Below, piece by piece: positions 1-8,860 of a DNA stretch of 64,000 nt. Position 1 is the stretch's first letter. Every line of letters begins with the position of its first letter. Source of the stretch: a bacterium. Its GTDB lineage: Bacteria > UBA8248. The notes beneath the pieces are model-generated. The model saw nothing but the letters and a program-made list of their open reading frames with translations, was not told the DNA's origin and searched no databases. A program made the position numbers and the translations under genes. The stretch lies in assembly GCA_965221165.1 (NCBI GenBank), contig CBDCRP010000003.1, forward strand, positions 160,001-224,000, in the 5' to 3' direction.

Positions 1-96
1 GGGAGAGCGGGCAGCCGGGGCCGGACCCATGAAAGCGCGGGCCGGGGAGCGGGAATGCCGGACGACACCCCCTGAAAGGGGGTTTCGATGATGCCG

Positions 97-138
97 GAGC
101 GTATCGCGACTTGACGAGACGCATACGCTCGATAAAAT
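97..138 (+). promoter_or_regulatory. Putative sigma70 promoter (TTGACG-16 bp-TAAAAT) overlapped by an 8-bp inverted repeat
   Basis: TTGACG 111-116, TAAAAT 133-138; GAGCGTAT (97-104)/ATACGCTC (123-130) inverted repeat; upstream of the 175 ORF. Confidence 0.45.
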
Positions 139-174
139 CAGGAGGAATAAAATAATCCGCCCCGGGATTATCTG

Positions 175-624
175 ATGCAAACCATCATCGGCGTCATCGG
201 CGATTCCGATCCCGGCCCGGAGACATCCTCTATGGCCGAGGAGGCAGGAGCCGAAATTGCGCGCGCGGGCGCCGTGCTGGTGTGCGGAGGCCTGGGCGGC
301 GTCATGCAGGCCGCGGCGCGCGGAGCGAAAGAAGCGGGCGGCCTCACGGTGGGCGTCCTGCCCTCGTATGACGCGAAATCCGCCAACCCGTTCATCGACA
401 TCCCCATCGTCACCGGAATGGGCCACGCCCGAAACGTCATCATCGCGGCGACGGCCCATGCGCTCATCGCCATGGCGGGCGCGCACGGCACCCTCTCTGA
501 AATCGCTTTGGGGCTCAAACTCGGCAAGCGGGTCATCTCCCTGGGGCGCGAGAGCAGTCCCGAGGGAGTCATCCCCGCATCCAGCGCCCGCGAAGCCGTG
601 CGGATGGCCCTCGATGTTTCATGA
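175..624 (+). CDS. TIGR00725 family protein (LOG/SLOG Rossmann-like fold)
   Basis: IGVIG, LVCGGLGGVM.AAARGAKEAGG.TVGVLP, TGMGHARN, GTLSE motifs. Confidence 0.9.
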   Translation: MQTIIGVIGDSDPGPETSSMAEEAGAEIARAGAVLVCGGLGGVMQAAARGAKEAGGLTVGVLPSYDAKSANPFIDIPIVTGMGHARNVIIAATAHALIAMAGAHGTLSEIALGLKLGKRVISLGRESSPEGVIPASSAREAVRMALDVS

Positions 625-686
625 GGCATGGCATGGATTTGGAAATAAGTATTTCGCCCGCTTCAGGCTCGGGAGGATGACACGAA

Positions 687-1487
687 ATGTGGCGTAGAGC
701 ATGTGTCCTCTTTCTCTGTTTTCTTACCGGTTGCGCACTCGTCGCGCCGCCATTACCTAGACCGACGAAAATCCGTCGCGATGCGGGCGGGGTTTACCAC
801 ACCGTGCGTCGCGGCGAGAGTCTCTGGCGCATCGGGCACGCCTACGGGGTGGAGGTCGAGCAAATCGCCGTCCTGAACGGCATCGACAATCCCGATCACC
901 TCCGGGCCGGCGCGCGGCTCTACATCCCGGGCGCCAGAAGCGTACGCCTCATACGAAAAAACGTCGGTTCCCGGCCGCCGAAACGCCGCCCGCGCTGGGC
1001 GGCCCCGCCGCGCCGCAGGGCTTCCGCAAAACCAGCCCGGAAACCGCCAAGCGCCGCCCGAACGCACCGCGTGAACAAGAAGAGGTCGGCGTACAGAAAA
1101 ACGTACGGCAAAAGGCCCAGATTCTCCTGGCCCCTGCGCGGGCGCGTGATTCGCCGCTTCGGAACGCGGGGCGGCAAAAAGGCGGACGGCATCCTCATCG
1201 CCGCCCGTGAGCGCGCCGAGATTCGCGCCGCCGCCTCGGGCCGCGTCATCTTCTCGGACTTCGGCCCCGGAAACCTCGGGCGCCTCATCATCCTGCGCCA
1301 CCACGGGGGCGAGTATCACTCCATCTACGCCCACATCTCAAAAAATCTGGTGCGCAAGGGGCAGAGAGTTTCGCGCGGTACGCCCATCGCCCTGGCGGGC
1401 CGCACGGCGCGCTTCAAAACCGCGCGCCTTCATTTCGAGATCCGTCATCGCACGCGGCCCAGAAACCCGCTATCCTACCTGCCGTAG
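687..1487 (+). CDS. LysM / M23 peptidase-family lipoprotein (NlpD-like)
   Basis: Lipobox LTGC; LysM (YHTVRRGESLWRIG...); C-terminal M23 fold (FSWPL.G, IYAH, LHFEIR); first Zn motif degenerate as in NlpD. Confidence 0.88.
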   Translation: MWRRACVLFLCFLTGCALVAPPLPRPTKIRRDAGGVYHTVRRGESLWRIGHAYGVEVEQIAVLNGIDNPDHLRAGARLYIPGARSVRLIRKNVGSRPPKRRPRWAAPPRRRASAKPARKPPSAARTHRVNKKRSAYRKTYGKRPRFSWPLRGRVIRRFGTRGGKKADGILIAARERAEIRAAASGRVIFSDFGPGNLGRLIILRHHGGEYHSIYAHISKNLVRKGQRVSRGTPIALAGRTARFKTARLHFEIRHRTRPRNPLSYLP

Positions 1488-1719
1488 AATTGCATGCGGA
1501 CGGCAGCGGGCCGGCACGACGAGGGCGCGCGTAGAACATCGGGCATTCCTTGATTCGTAAAGAAGAATTTCATGCTTGAATCGTGGTGACATGCCCGGAA
1601 GAGAGTGCTATCCAGGGTACTCTTGTCCGCCGGAGAAGAGTCCGGGGCCGGGGGGCGGCACAACCGGAAGAGAACGACACGAAATACAAAAAATTACGCA
1701 TCCACGAGAGGTAGATTTC

Positions 1720-2247
1720 ATGTCCGACGCCAGTCACCTTCTGCCGCACATTCGGGACGTGCCCGATTTTCCGGAAGAGGGCATCCTATTCAAGGACATC
1801 ACCCCCATGCTCCAGAACGCCAAGGCATTCCGAGCGGCGGTGGACATGGCGGCGGAGCCCTTGATGGGTGAGGGAATCGATGTCGTCCTGGGCGCCGAGG
1901 CGCGCGGCTTCGTCATCGGAGCGCCCCTGGCCTACAAGATAGGCGCGGGCTTCGCGCTGGTGCGAAAACCGGGGAAACTACCGTGGGAGAAGGCCCGGGC
2001 CACCTATGAACTCGAATACGGCACCGATGCGCTCGAGATTCACAAAGACGCCGTCTCGCCCGGCATGAAGGTGCTGATCGCCGACGACGTGCTCGCCACC
2101 GGCGGCACGGCCTCCGCCTGCGTGTCGCTCGTGGAATCTCTGGGCGGGCGCGTCCACGGCCTCTCGTTCTTCATAGAGCTCGCGTTTTTGAACGGACGCG
2201 AGCGCCTCGCTCCACACCCCGTGCGCTCTTTGATACGATACGACTGA
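1720..2247 (+). CDS. apt: Adenine phosphoribosyltransferase
   Basis: [40 protein letters not shown]; start reassigned to ATG 1720 after GAGG. Confidence 0.96.
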   Translation: MSDASHLLPHIRDVPDFPEEGILFKDITPMLQNAKAFRAAVDMAAEPLMGEGIDVVLGAEARGFVIGAPLAYKIGAGFALVRKPGKLPWEKARATYELEYGTDALEIHKDAVSPGMKVLIADDVLATGGTASACVSLVESLGGRVHGLSFFIELAFLNGRERLAPHPVRSLIRYD

Positions 2248-2264
2248 AACGCCTCACGGCGCGC

Positions 2265-2341
2265 GCCCCCGTAGCTCAGCAGGATAGAGCGCCGGATTCC
2301 TAATCCGTAGGCCGCAGGTTCGAATCCTGCCGGGGGCGCCA
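2265..2341 (+). tRNA. tRNA-Arg (anticodon CCT)
   Basis: Acceptor GCCCCCG/CGGGGGC, D arm GCTC/GAGC, anticodon loop TTCCTAA, T loop TTCGAAT, encoded CCA; top anticodon-stem pair is C/T. Confidence 0.95.
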
Positions 2342-2411
2342 GGATAAGCCGATTGCCTCCATTCGCTTTTCCCGAGAAATCAGCGCGCCGCCACTTGAAA
2401 GCCCTACTTGT

Positions 2412-2441
2412 TTGACAGTGATTCGGCTTTCTTTATATCCT
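2412..2441 (+). promoter_or_regulatory. Putative sigma70 promoter for the 2494 ORF
   Basis: TTGACA 2412-2417, TATCCT 2436-2441 (18-bp spacer). Confidence 0.4.
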
Positions 2442-2493
2442 CTCTTCGACCCAGTCCTACATATTTTACGAACCTTTTACGGGGGAAGGTTTC

Positions 2494-2988
2494 ATGCGCA
2501 CTTTGCTTGCGGTTTGCTGCTTGTTGTTTCTTTCCGGCTGCGCGACTTTGGTTACCGGCACCTCCCAGTCAATTCTCATCGATGTAATTAACGCAAAAGG
2601 GGCTTCATGTACGGGTATCGACAAAAGGGGAAGGCGGTATAACTGGCCCAATACGCCAAGTGCGACGACGGTTCATAAGGGCGATGGGCCAATAGTTTTA
2701 ACGTGCGAGAAAAAAGGATTCAAAAAGACAACACACTTGTTCGATGAAACTTTAGTAGGAGCAACATTGGGGAACATCATACTCGGGGGAGGCATCGGGA
2801 TTTTGATTGACGCCGCAAGTGGCGCGGCGCAAGAATATCCAAGCAAGGTAAGCGTAATCATGGAGCCCGATGATTCGGCTCCCGATACTCTCAAAAAACG
2901 GTACGAGGAGTTAAAGAAAGAATTAGCCGAAAAAATAAAAAAGGAAAAAGAAGCCGAGGAGAAAGAAACCCAAAAAGCAGGACAGTAA
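2494..2988 (+). CDS. Hypothetical lipoprotein with glycine-rich hydrophobic segment and charged helical tail
   Basis: Lipobox LSGC, CAT..TG..Q start, GNIILGGGIG..IDAASGAA..YP segment; RBS GGAAGG; visibly more AT-rich than its neighbours. Confidence 0.8.
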   Translation: MRTLLAVCCLLFLSGCATLVTGTSQSILIDVINAKGASCTGIDKRGRRYNWPNTPSATTVHKGDGPIVLTCEKKGFKKTTHLFDETLVGATLGNIILGGGIGILIDAASGAAQEYPSKVSVIMEPDDSAPDTLKKRYEELKKELAEKIKKEKEAEEKETQKAGQ

Positions 2989-3090
2989 CAACTGTATTTC
3001 CGCTACCCATGGCAAAAAAATGCCTTGGGGCGTTTCGTTTTCGAGAGTCAGGGAGCGTGATTATGCGTGACGCCTTTCTCACCGGCGCAA

Positions 3091-3177
3091 GCAATTCCTT
3101 CATTTCAGTCGGCAATCCCTCCCTCCTCAATCTGCAATCCCTCCCTCCCCGGTCGGCAATTCCTCCCTCCTCGGTCG
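3091..3177. repeat. Imperfect ~22-bp tandem repeat, 4 copies (GCAATYCCTCCCTCCYCRRTCK)
   Basis: Units at 3091-3111 (degenerate, 21 bp), 3112-3133, 3134-3155, 3156-3177. Confidence 0.8.
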
Positions 3178-3419
3178 GGATTGACCCTCACCGGCCGGAA
3201 TCGATCACGCATCTGCCCGCATTTGCCGTCATCGCGCTTCATCTCGAATGCGGAAAATCCCCGCGCGGGCGAGAGGATTGCCGCGGGCGGAGGGGGGTCT
3301 GGAAGAAGTGAAAAATGGTGAAAAATAGTAAATATATCTGAAATATAGTGAAAATATCTGAAAATATTTCTCTTTGTTTTATAAGGAGTTATCGCGTTTT
3401 CAGGGGTATTTCCGGTACA

Positions 3420-3701
3420 TCAGGTCCACCAGTCGAGCGCATAGGAACCGGCGAGCAGAACACCGCCGAGACCCAGCAGGCCGACGGCCGGCTTCGCCGC
3501 GCCGATAGAGAGTGCGCCCAGACCGCCGCAGAGCATCAACGCGCCCGTGCCCCACAAGACTTTTACGACGATCTTCTTGGCGTCGATGACGTTCAGTGGC
3601 CTGTCGTCCAGGGGCCTCGCTTCGAGCGCTCCTCCGCAGGCGGGGCATGCGTCGGCGCCCGAGGTTTCGGCCCCGCACTCAGGACATGGACTACCGGCCA
3701 T
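3420..3701 (-). CDS. Small zinc-ribbon membrane protein
   Basis: CPECG...CPACG followed by two hydrophobic helices; RBS AAGGAA. Confidence 0.75.
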   Translation of the reverse strand: MAGSPCPECGAETSGADACPACGGALEARPLDDRPLNVIDAKKIVVKVLWGTGALMLCGGLGALSIGAAKPAVGLLGLGGVLLAGSYALDWWT

Positions 3702-4133
3702 GGCGTCGTTCCTTCTTCAGAAAACCGATGAGCGGAAAACATGCTTTCATTTCGAAAACGGGATTTTCTCACATCAAGAGGCGAGGGGAAACGGCCCTGA
3801 AATCTCTCCACAGATGAACCCTGGAGGGACGCATCGCTTGCCCGAATGAAGTGCGCCCTTTCCGCCCTCGCGCATCGTGTGGGATGATGGATGGGCTTCA
3901 TCTTGCTCACCAGAGAAAACGAATGAGGAGAGCATCTCTTGCGAAACAGAATCGACCCCGAGCGGGGAGGGGACGGAGAATACGCAGTCGATGCGACCCA
4001 GGAAACGGCCATCGAGACGTGCATCTCCTACCTCGGCAAGCACATGAAAACCTGAGCTATACTATGTCCTGGCGACGCGCCATCGCTTTCGGGCGTTCTT
4101 GAACATCCGCCGACGAGATGGACCCTGAAGCCC

Positions 4134-5591
4134 ATGAAATCTCAGACGAGAATTTTCTCCTGCCTTGTGGATGATTTCCTGAAACCCGATCCGCTGATAT
4201 TCCCGGCCTCGGAGAACGTAAGAAACGTCATCTCCCAAATGGCGGAGAAGAACGCAACCTGCGTCCTTGTCACGGATGAGGAAAACGCCTTGGCCGGCAT
4301 TTTTACGGAAAAAGACGTGATGCGCCGCGTCGCCTTGAGGTCTGACGGCACGGAGACGATCGAGCAGGTCATGACGCCTCGCGTCTACTCTGCGACGCGG
4401 GGGGACTACCTCTATCACACCATCGCGCGCATGCGGCGCCTCGGCCACCGCCACATGCCCGTGGTGGACGAGGCGAACCACCCTCTCGGCCTGCTCGACC
4501 TACAAGACGCCATGACCGTGGCGGCCGAGCAAATGATGGGAAACATCGACGCCCTCACCCAGGATCCCGAATTTTACGGCCTGCGAGAGGTGAAAGCCGT
4601 ACAAGTGGATGTCGCCCAAGGGCTTCTTGAGGACAACCTCCCCGCGCCCGAAATTCAGGCGCTTTTGACGCACGTGAACAACGACATCTACCGGCGGGTG
4701 GCCGAGAAGGCAGTGACGCTCATCGAAGAGGAGAGGGGAGGTGCGCCGCCCGTTCGCTTTGCGGTGATCGTCATGGGCTCGAGCGGTCGGGGGGAGAACT
4801 TCATCAACCCGGATCAGGACAACGGCATCATCCTCGAAGACTACCCCGTGGAGCGGCACGACGAAATAAACGATTACTTCATCCGCTTCTCGGAACTGGT
4901 GACCCGGAATCTCGACGCCATCGGCTTTCCCCTGTGCGAGGGCCACGTCATGGCGACGAACCCGCTGTGGCGCAAATCTATCTCCGAGTGGAAATACCAG
5001 ACCCTGCGCTGGTTCCAGAAGAGGAGCACGTTCCAGGTTCAGTTGAGCGACGTCTTCTTCGACTTCGATACCGTCTGCGGAGCTTTGCCGCTCGGCCGGG
5101 AATTGCGGGAACACGTTACGAAGTTCGTGCAAACGGAACCCACCGTGCTCCAGGCGATGTTTCAAACCGAGGCCGACAGACACGTCGCTCTCGGCCTGTT
5201 CGGCATGCTGCGCACGGAGAGAAGGGGAGAGGGGCTTCTCCCGAGCATAAACCTGAAGCACGGGGGCATCCTGCCTCTGGTCGGGGCCGTGAGACTCCTC
5301 GCCCTGAAAGAAGGACTAGAAACGACCTCCACCTACCAGCGCATCGGACAACTACATGAAGCGGGGATTTTTAGTGATGATGAGGCGGATGATTACACCT
5401 CCGCCTTCAAGCATCTCACGTTCATCCTGCTACGCCAGCAACTACGGGATTTCAGAAGATTCCAAAAGGCGACGCGCTATGTCAGGAAGTCGGCAATGTC
5501 ACGAAGGGAGAAACAGGTTCTCAAGATGTCCCTCAAAGCCATTCGCTCGCTACAGGAGAGGGTGCGAATGGAATTCACCGCCTGGCTTTGA
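4134..5591 (+). CDS. CBS-pair + DUF294 / DUF294_C putative nucleotidyltransferase
   Basis: CBS pair (GIFTEKD, RHMPVVD); pol-beta-like MGSSGRGE...DQDNG; GFPLCEG.VMATNPLWR; INLKHGGILP. Confidence 0.9.
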   Translation: MKSQTRIFSCLVDDFLKPDPLIFPASENVRNVISQMAEKNATCVLVTDEENALAGIFTEKDVMRRVALRSDGTETIEQVMTPRVYSATRGDYLYHTIARMRRLGHRHMPVVDEANHPLGLLDLQDAMTVAAEQMMGNIDALTQDPEFYGLREVKAVQVDVAQGLLEDNLPAPEIQALLTHVNNDIYRRVAEKAVTLIEEERGGAPPVRFAVIVMGSSGRGENFINPDQDNGIILEDYPVERHDEINDYFIRFSELVTRNLDAIGFPLCEGHVMATNPLWRKSISEWKYQTLRWFQKRSTFQVQLSDVFFDFDTVCGALPLGRELREHVTKFVQTEPTVLQAMFQTEADRHVALGLFGMLRTERRGEGLLPSINLKHGGILPLVGAVRLLALKEGLETTSTYQRIGQLHEAGIFSDDEADDYTSAFKHLTFILLRQQLRDFRRFQKATRYVRKSAMSRREKQVLKMSLKAIRSLQERVRMEFTAWL

Positions 5592-5609
5592 AAATGGCTG
5601 CCATGAGAA

Positions 5610-6227
5610 TTACTCCACAGGCGTTTTGAAGCGATCGAACACCCGCCCGAAGCGCCAGGCGTAGAACTCCACGCCCTCATACAGGCCCGCCCGGTGATAA
5701 GGCTCCTCCGCCCAGAACGCGCGCGCCGCCTCGATGTCGGGAAAATCGAGGAGCAACACGCTGCCGTTTCTGGTTTCCCCATCATCGGTGAGCAAGGGGC
5801 CGCGCACCATTACCGAATCGCCATGTTCGGTCAGGTAGGCGCTGTGCGCCTCACCATGCGCCTTGCGAATTACGCCCCCGTCCGCTTTGTCCAAAGCATG
5901 GACATAAAACTGGAGATTCCCTTCTTTTCTAGGGCAGTCGCGCCAGGAGTAGGGCACTGCGCCGCGCCAACGGCGAATCGAAGGCCGCTCCTGAATCCCT
6001 TCGATGATGAACGGCTCATTGGCCACGTGCTCTTCCGCGGCGGCGCGATCGGCCAGGTCCAGAATGCGGAAACTGCCCAGTTCGCGCTTCCCGTCGTCGG
6101 TCAAGAACGGACCCGCTAAGCGGGTGACGTCATCGAAGCCTTTGAGATAATCCAGGTGCGCTTTTCTGTGAACATCCCGTAAGGCATTGGCTTCGGGCCT
6201 GTCGTAAATTTTGATGACGAATTCCAC
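5610..6227 (-). CDS. Tandem (duplicated) YciI family protein
   Basis: Two copies of D....R..H..AH..YL / GP.LTDDG / GS..LD / EP(F/Y). Confidence 0.88.
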   Translation of the reverse strand: MEFVIKIYDRPEANALRDVHRKAHLDYLKGFDDVTRLAGPFLTDDGKRELGSFRILDLADRAAAEEHVANEPFIIEGIQERPSIRRWRGAVPYSWRDCPRKEGNLQFYVHALDKADGGVIRKAHGEAHSAYLTEHGDSVMVRGPLLTDDGETRNGSVLLLDFPDIEAARAFWAEEPYHRAGLYEGVEFYAWRFGRVFDRFKTPVE

Positions 6228-6389
6228 GGTGTTTTCCTTCTGACAAGAACCAAAAAACCGTCTGTTGTGATCCCGGATGGCTGTTATACCGCCCGGATTT
6301 TATGCACGGATGCTCAATGGTGCAATGGACGGAGCGGGCGCGTTACGAAGAAGACGAATGAGCACTCAATCCCATCGGGCAAAAGATAT

Positions 6390-7580
6390 TCAACCGTCGC
6401 ACCGGAACGCCTTCATGGGGAAGGTGTGCAGGGAGCGGAACCCCTCCTGGGTGACGATGCCCATATCGCCCATCTGCACGCCCCGACCTTCCGAGTCCAT
6501 GGGGTTCGGCTGAATGACCATCACCATGTTTTCGAGGTACTTGAAATCGGCCGGCGGAGCGAGATAGTTCGAGCCCCTGATGCCGATGGAGGGCTGAAGC
6601 AAGTCCGTCCCGAAGCCGTGGGCGAGGGAATCGTATATTTGAAATCCCCTCTCGGGCAGCGGGTCGGTGGCCTCGAAAACGGCCTGTGCGGAATTTCCCG
6701 CCTTCATCGTTTTGCCCACGCCCTCGTACACCTCGATGGCGGCGTCGAGCAGCGCCTGATAGGGAGGCGTCGGGTCCGCCCCGATGGTGAAGGTGCGCAA
6801 ACTCTGGCCCGCATAACCATAATACGCCGCGCTGATCTCCATGATGAGCACGTCGCCCGCCTCGAGCTTTCTCCTGGTGGGGTTTTGCCAGGGGACGGGC
6901 GTGCGGGGATTGGCCATCGGCGTGGCCGTCACGAATTGCACCATCTGCTCGCCGCCTTGCTCCCTGAAGGCAGCGGCCATCCGCCCCGAGAGTTCGATTT
7001 CGGGAATTCCCGGTTTCGCGTGGATGGTGGCCGCCTCCATGGCGAGGTCCGTGAGCCGCGCCGCCTCGGTCAGCCATTCAATTTCCTCATCGCTCTTGAT
7101 CAGCCTCAAGTCCCTGAATCTGGCGCTCACGTCCATCCATTGCGCCTCGGGGAAACGCGTCGTCAGATAGTCCATGTGCTCGAAGGGCAGCAGAATCTTG
7201 AAGCGGGGGTTTATGCCCACCAAGCCGATGCGCGCATTTCCGAGCCCCAGAGCGTCGAGTTGATCCGCCATGCGCTCGGGATTGCCGTACGCTCCGTGAC
7301 GCACATCCTCGAAGATGCACTGCATTTGTGCGTTATGCAGATGGTTGTAGAGGCCCGTGAAGAGGGAAGGGGAATCTTCTTTGGGAAAAATCAGATAGCA
7401 GTGGTTGAAATCCCGGTAGCAAGAAAGCCAGTAGATGTTCGCCTGCGCGTTGCGGTTCGTACCGCCTAAGCCAAAAAATAATAGAGCGTCCAGCCCTTCT
7501 TCTTCTATCAGGCCCTTCGCGGCCGCATGACGCCTGCTCATTTCTTTCTCGGAGAAGCGCGGATACCAATCTTCGGACAT
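6390..7580 (-). CDS. M24 (Xaa-Pro peptidase / creatinase) fold hydrolase with degenerate metal site
   Basis: Creatinase-N-like domain, LRLIKSDEEI, GY...RT, HGFG; canonical D/D/E/E ligands replaced. Confidence 0.85.
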   Translation of the reverse strand: MSEDWYPRFSEKEMSRRHAAAKGLIEEEGLDALLFFGLGGTNRNAQANIYWLSCYRDFNHCYLIFPKEDSPSLFTGLYNHLHNAQMQCIFEDVRHGAYGNPERMADQLDALGLGNARIGLVGINPRFKILLPFEHMDYLTTRFPEAQWMDVSARFRDLRLIKSDEEIEWLTEAARLTDLAMEAATIHAKPGIPEIELSGRMAAAFREQGGEQMVQFVTATPMANPRTPVPWQNPTRRKLEAGDVLIMEISAAYYGYAGQSLRTFTIGADPTPPYQALLDAAIEVYEGVGKTMKAGNSAQAVFEATDPLPERGFQIYDSLAHGFGTDLLQPSIGIRGSNYLAPPADFKYLENMVMVIQPNPMDSEGRGVQMGDMGIVTQEGFRSLHTFPMKAFRCDG

Positions 7581-7697
7581 GTCGCCTCCTTGCGCGATAA
7601 TCCCTCGTGGGAGAGAATAAAATTGTCAACGGAAATTTTCAGTTTGCGCGGCGCAGTATAGCGAGCGCATCAAAAATATACGACCGGGAGGAAGCGT

Positions 7698-8792
7698 ATG
7701 AGCATCATCGGCCATGGCGTGATTTCAAGAAAAGCGGGCGAGCGCACGGAAGTGGAAGAAATCGAACTCGACTCCCCGGGCCCCGGCGAAGTGCTGGTGA
7801 AAATCCAGGCCAGCGGCGTCTGCCACACGGACTTACACTACAAACTCGGAAAAATCGGGGATGAATTCCCCTATCTCCTCGGCCATGAGGGCTCGGGCAT
7901 CATTCAGGAAGTGGGGGAGGGCGTATCCGATCTGGCCGTGGGCGACTACGTCGTTCTGGCCTGGCGCGCCCCTTGCGGCGTCTGCCGGTTCTGCTCCATC
8001 GGCCAGCCCAACCTTTGCGCCGCCAGCCTGAACGCGGCCTCCAAGATGCACGTAAAAAAAGACGGTCAAGTTTTAAGTCCCTCCCTCGGCATCGGCACGT
8101 TCTGCACGTACACCATCGTCTCTGCGAAACAGGCGGTGAAAGTACCCACCGCCTGCACGCCGGAGCAGGCTTGCCTCATCGGCTGCGGCGTCATGACGGG
8201 CGTAGGCGCCACACTCTACACGGCGCAGGTGAGGCGCGGGAGCAGCGTGGCGGTGTATGGATGCGGCGGCGTGGGCTGCAGCGTCATCATGGGCGCGAAA
8301 ATGGCGCGCGCATCGAAAATCATCGCTGTCGACATCGCCGACAATAAACTTGACTGGGCCAGGGAATTCGGCGCCACCGACGTCGTCAATGCGTCAGAAA
8401 CCGACCCGGTGGAAGCGATCAAGGACCTCACCGGCGGAAACGGCGTCGATTACTCCTTCGAGGCCGTGGGAACGCCCCAGACGCTTCTCCAGGCGCTGTG
8501 GTCGCGCGACCTGGCCGGCGCCTGCACGCTCATCGGCGTGCCTGCCCCCGACATGATGATGGAATTGCCCATGCTCCAGTTCTTCGGCCTGGGCGGCGCG
8601 CTGCGCGTATCCTGGTACGGGGATTGTCTGCCTTCGAGGGATTTCCCGCTTCTCGCCGACTGGTACGAAAAAGGAGAACTGGACCTCGACCGCATGGTCA
8701 CGAAGGTTATTGGTCTCGAAGACGTGGAACCCGCTTTCGAGGCCATGGAACGCGGCGAAACCCTGCGTTCCGTAATTCGGAATCCGGATTAA
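7698..8792 (+). CDS. Zn-dependent alcohol dehydrogenase, S-(hydroxymethyl)mycothiol dehydrogenase (MscR/AdhE2)-like
   Basis: GVCHTD, GHEG, WRAPCG.CR.C...C, GCGVMTG, GCGGVG, SWYGDCLPSRDFP. Confidence 0.88.
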   Translation: MSIIGHGVISRKAGERTEVEEIELDSPGPGEVLVKIQASGVCHTDLHYKLGKIGDEFPYLLGHEGSGIIQEVGEGVSDLAVGDYVVLAWRAPCGVCRFCSIGQPNLCAASLNAASKMHVKKDGQVLSPSLGIGTFCTYTIVSAKQAVKVPTACTPEQACLIGCGVMTGVGATLYTAQVRRGSSVAVYGCGGVGCSVIMGAKMARASKIIAVDIADNKLDWAREFGATDVVNASETDPVEAIKDLTGGNGVDYSFEAVGTPQTLLQALWSRDLAGACTLIGVPAPDMMMELPMLQFFGLGGALRVSWYGDCLPSRDFPLLADWYEKGELDLDRMVTKVIGLEDVEPAFEAMERGETLRSVIRNPD

Positions 8793-8799
8793 ATAATAT

Positions 8800-8837
8800 A
8801 AACAATGACATGAAGAATATCCTGCATGTTATTGTTT
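8800..8837. terminator. AT-rich hairpin between convergent genes (possible bidirectional terminator)
   Basis: AAACAATGACATG (8800-8812)/CATGTTATTGTTT (8825-8837). Confidence 0.5.
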
Positions 8838-8860
8838 GTAGATGTAATTAAAATTAAAAA

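Noticed and set aside
1-96. Riboswitch or ncRNA at the window start (hairpin ACCCCC-TGAAA-GGGGGT)
   Set aside because: Only one short hairpin is visible, the region is truncated by the window edge, and no known family core was recognised
1576-1719. N-terminal extensions in the ORF track (apt, tsaE, purN, holA, ybeY, ftsH, lptB)
   Set aside because: Artefacts of longest-ORF calling; downstream starts match family N-termini and avoid long overlaps
3091-3177. CRISPR array
   Set aside because: Repeats are contiguous, with no unique spacers and no cas genes in the window
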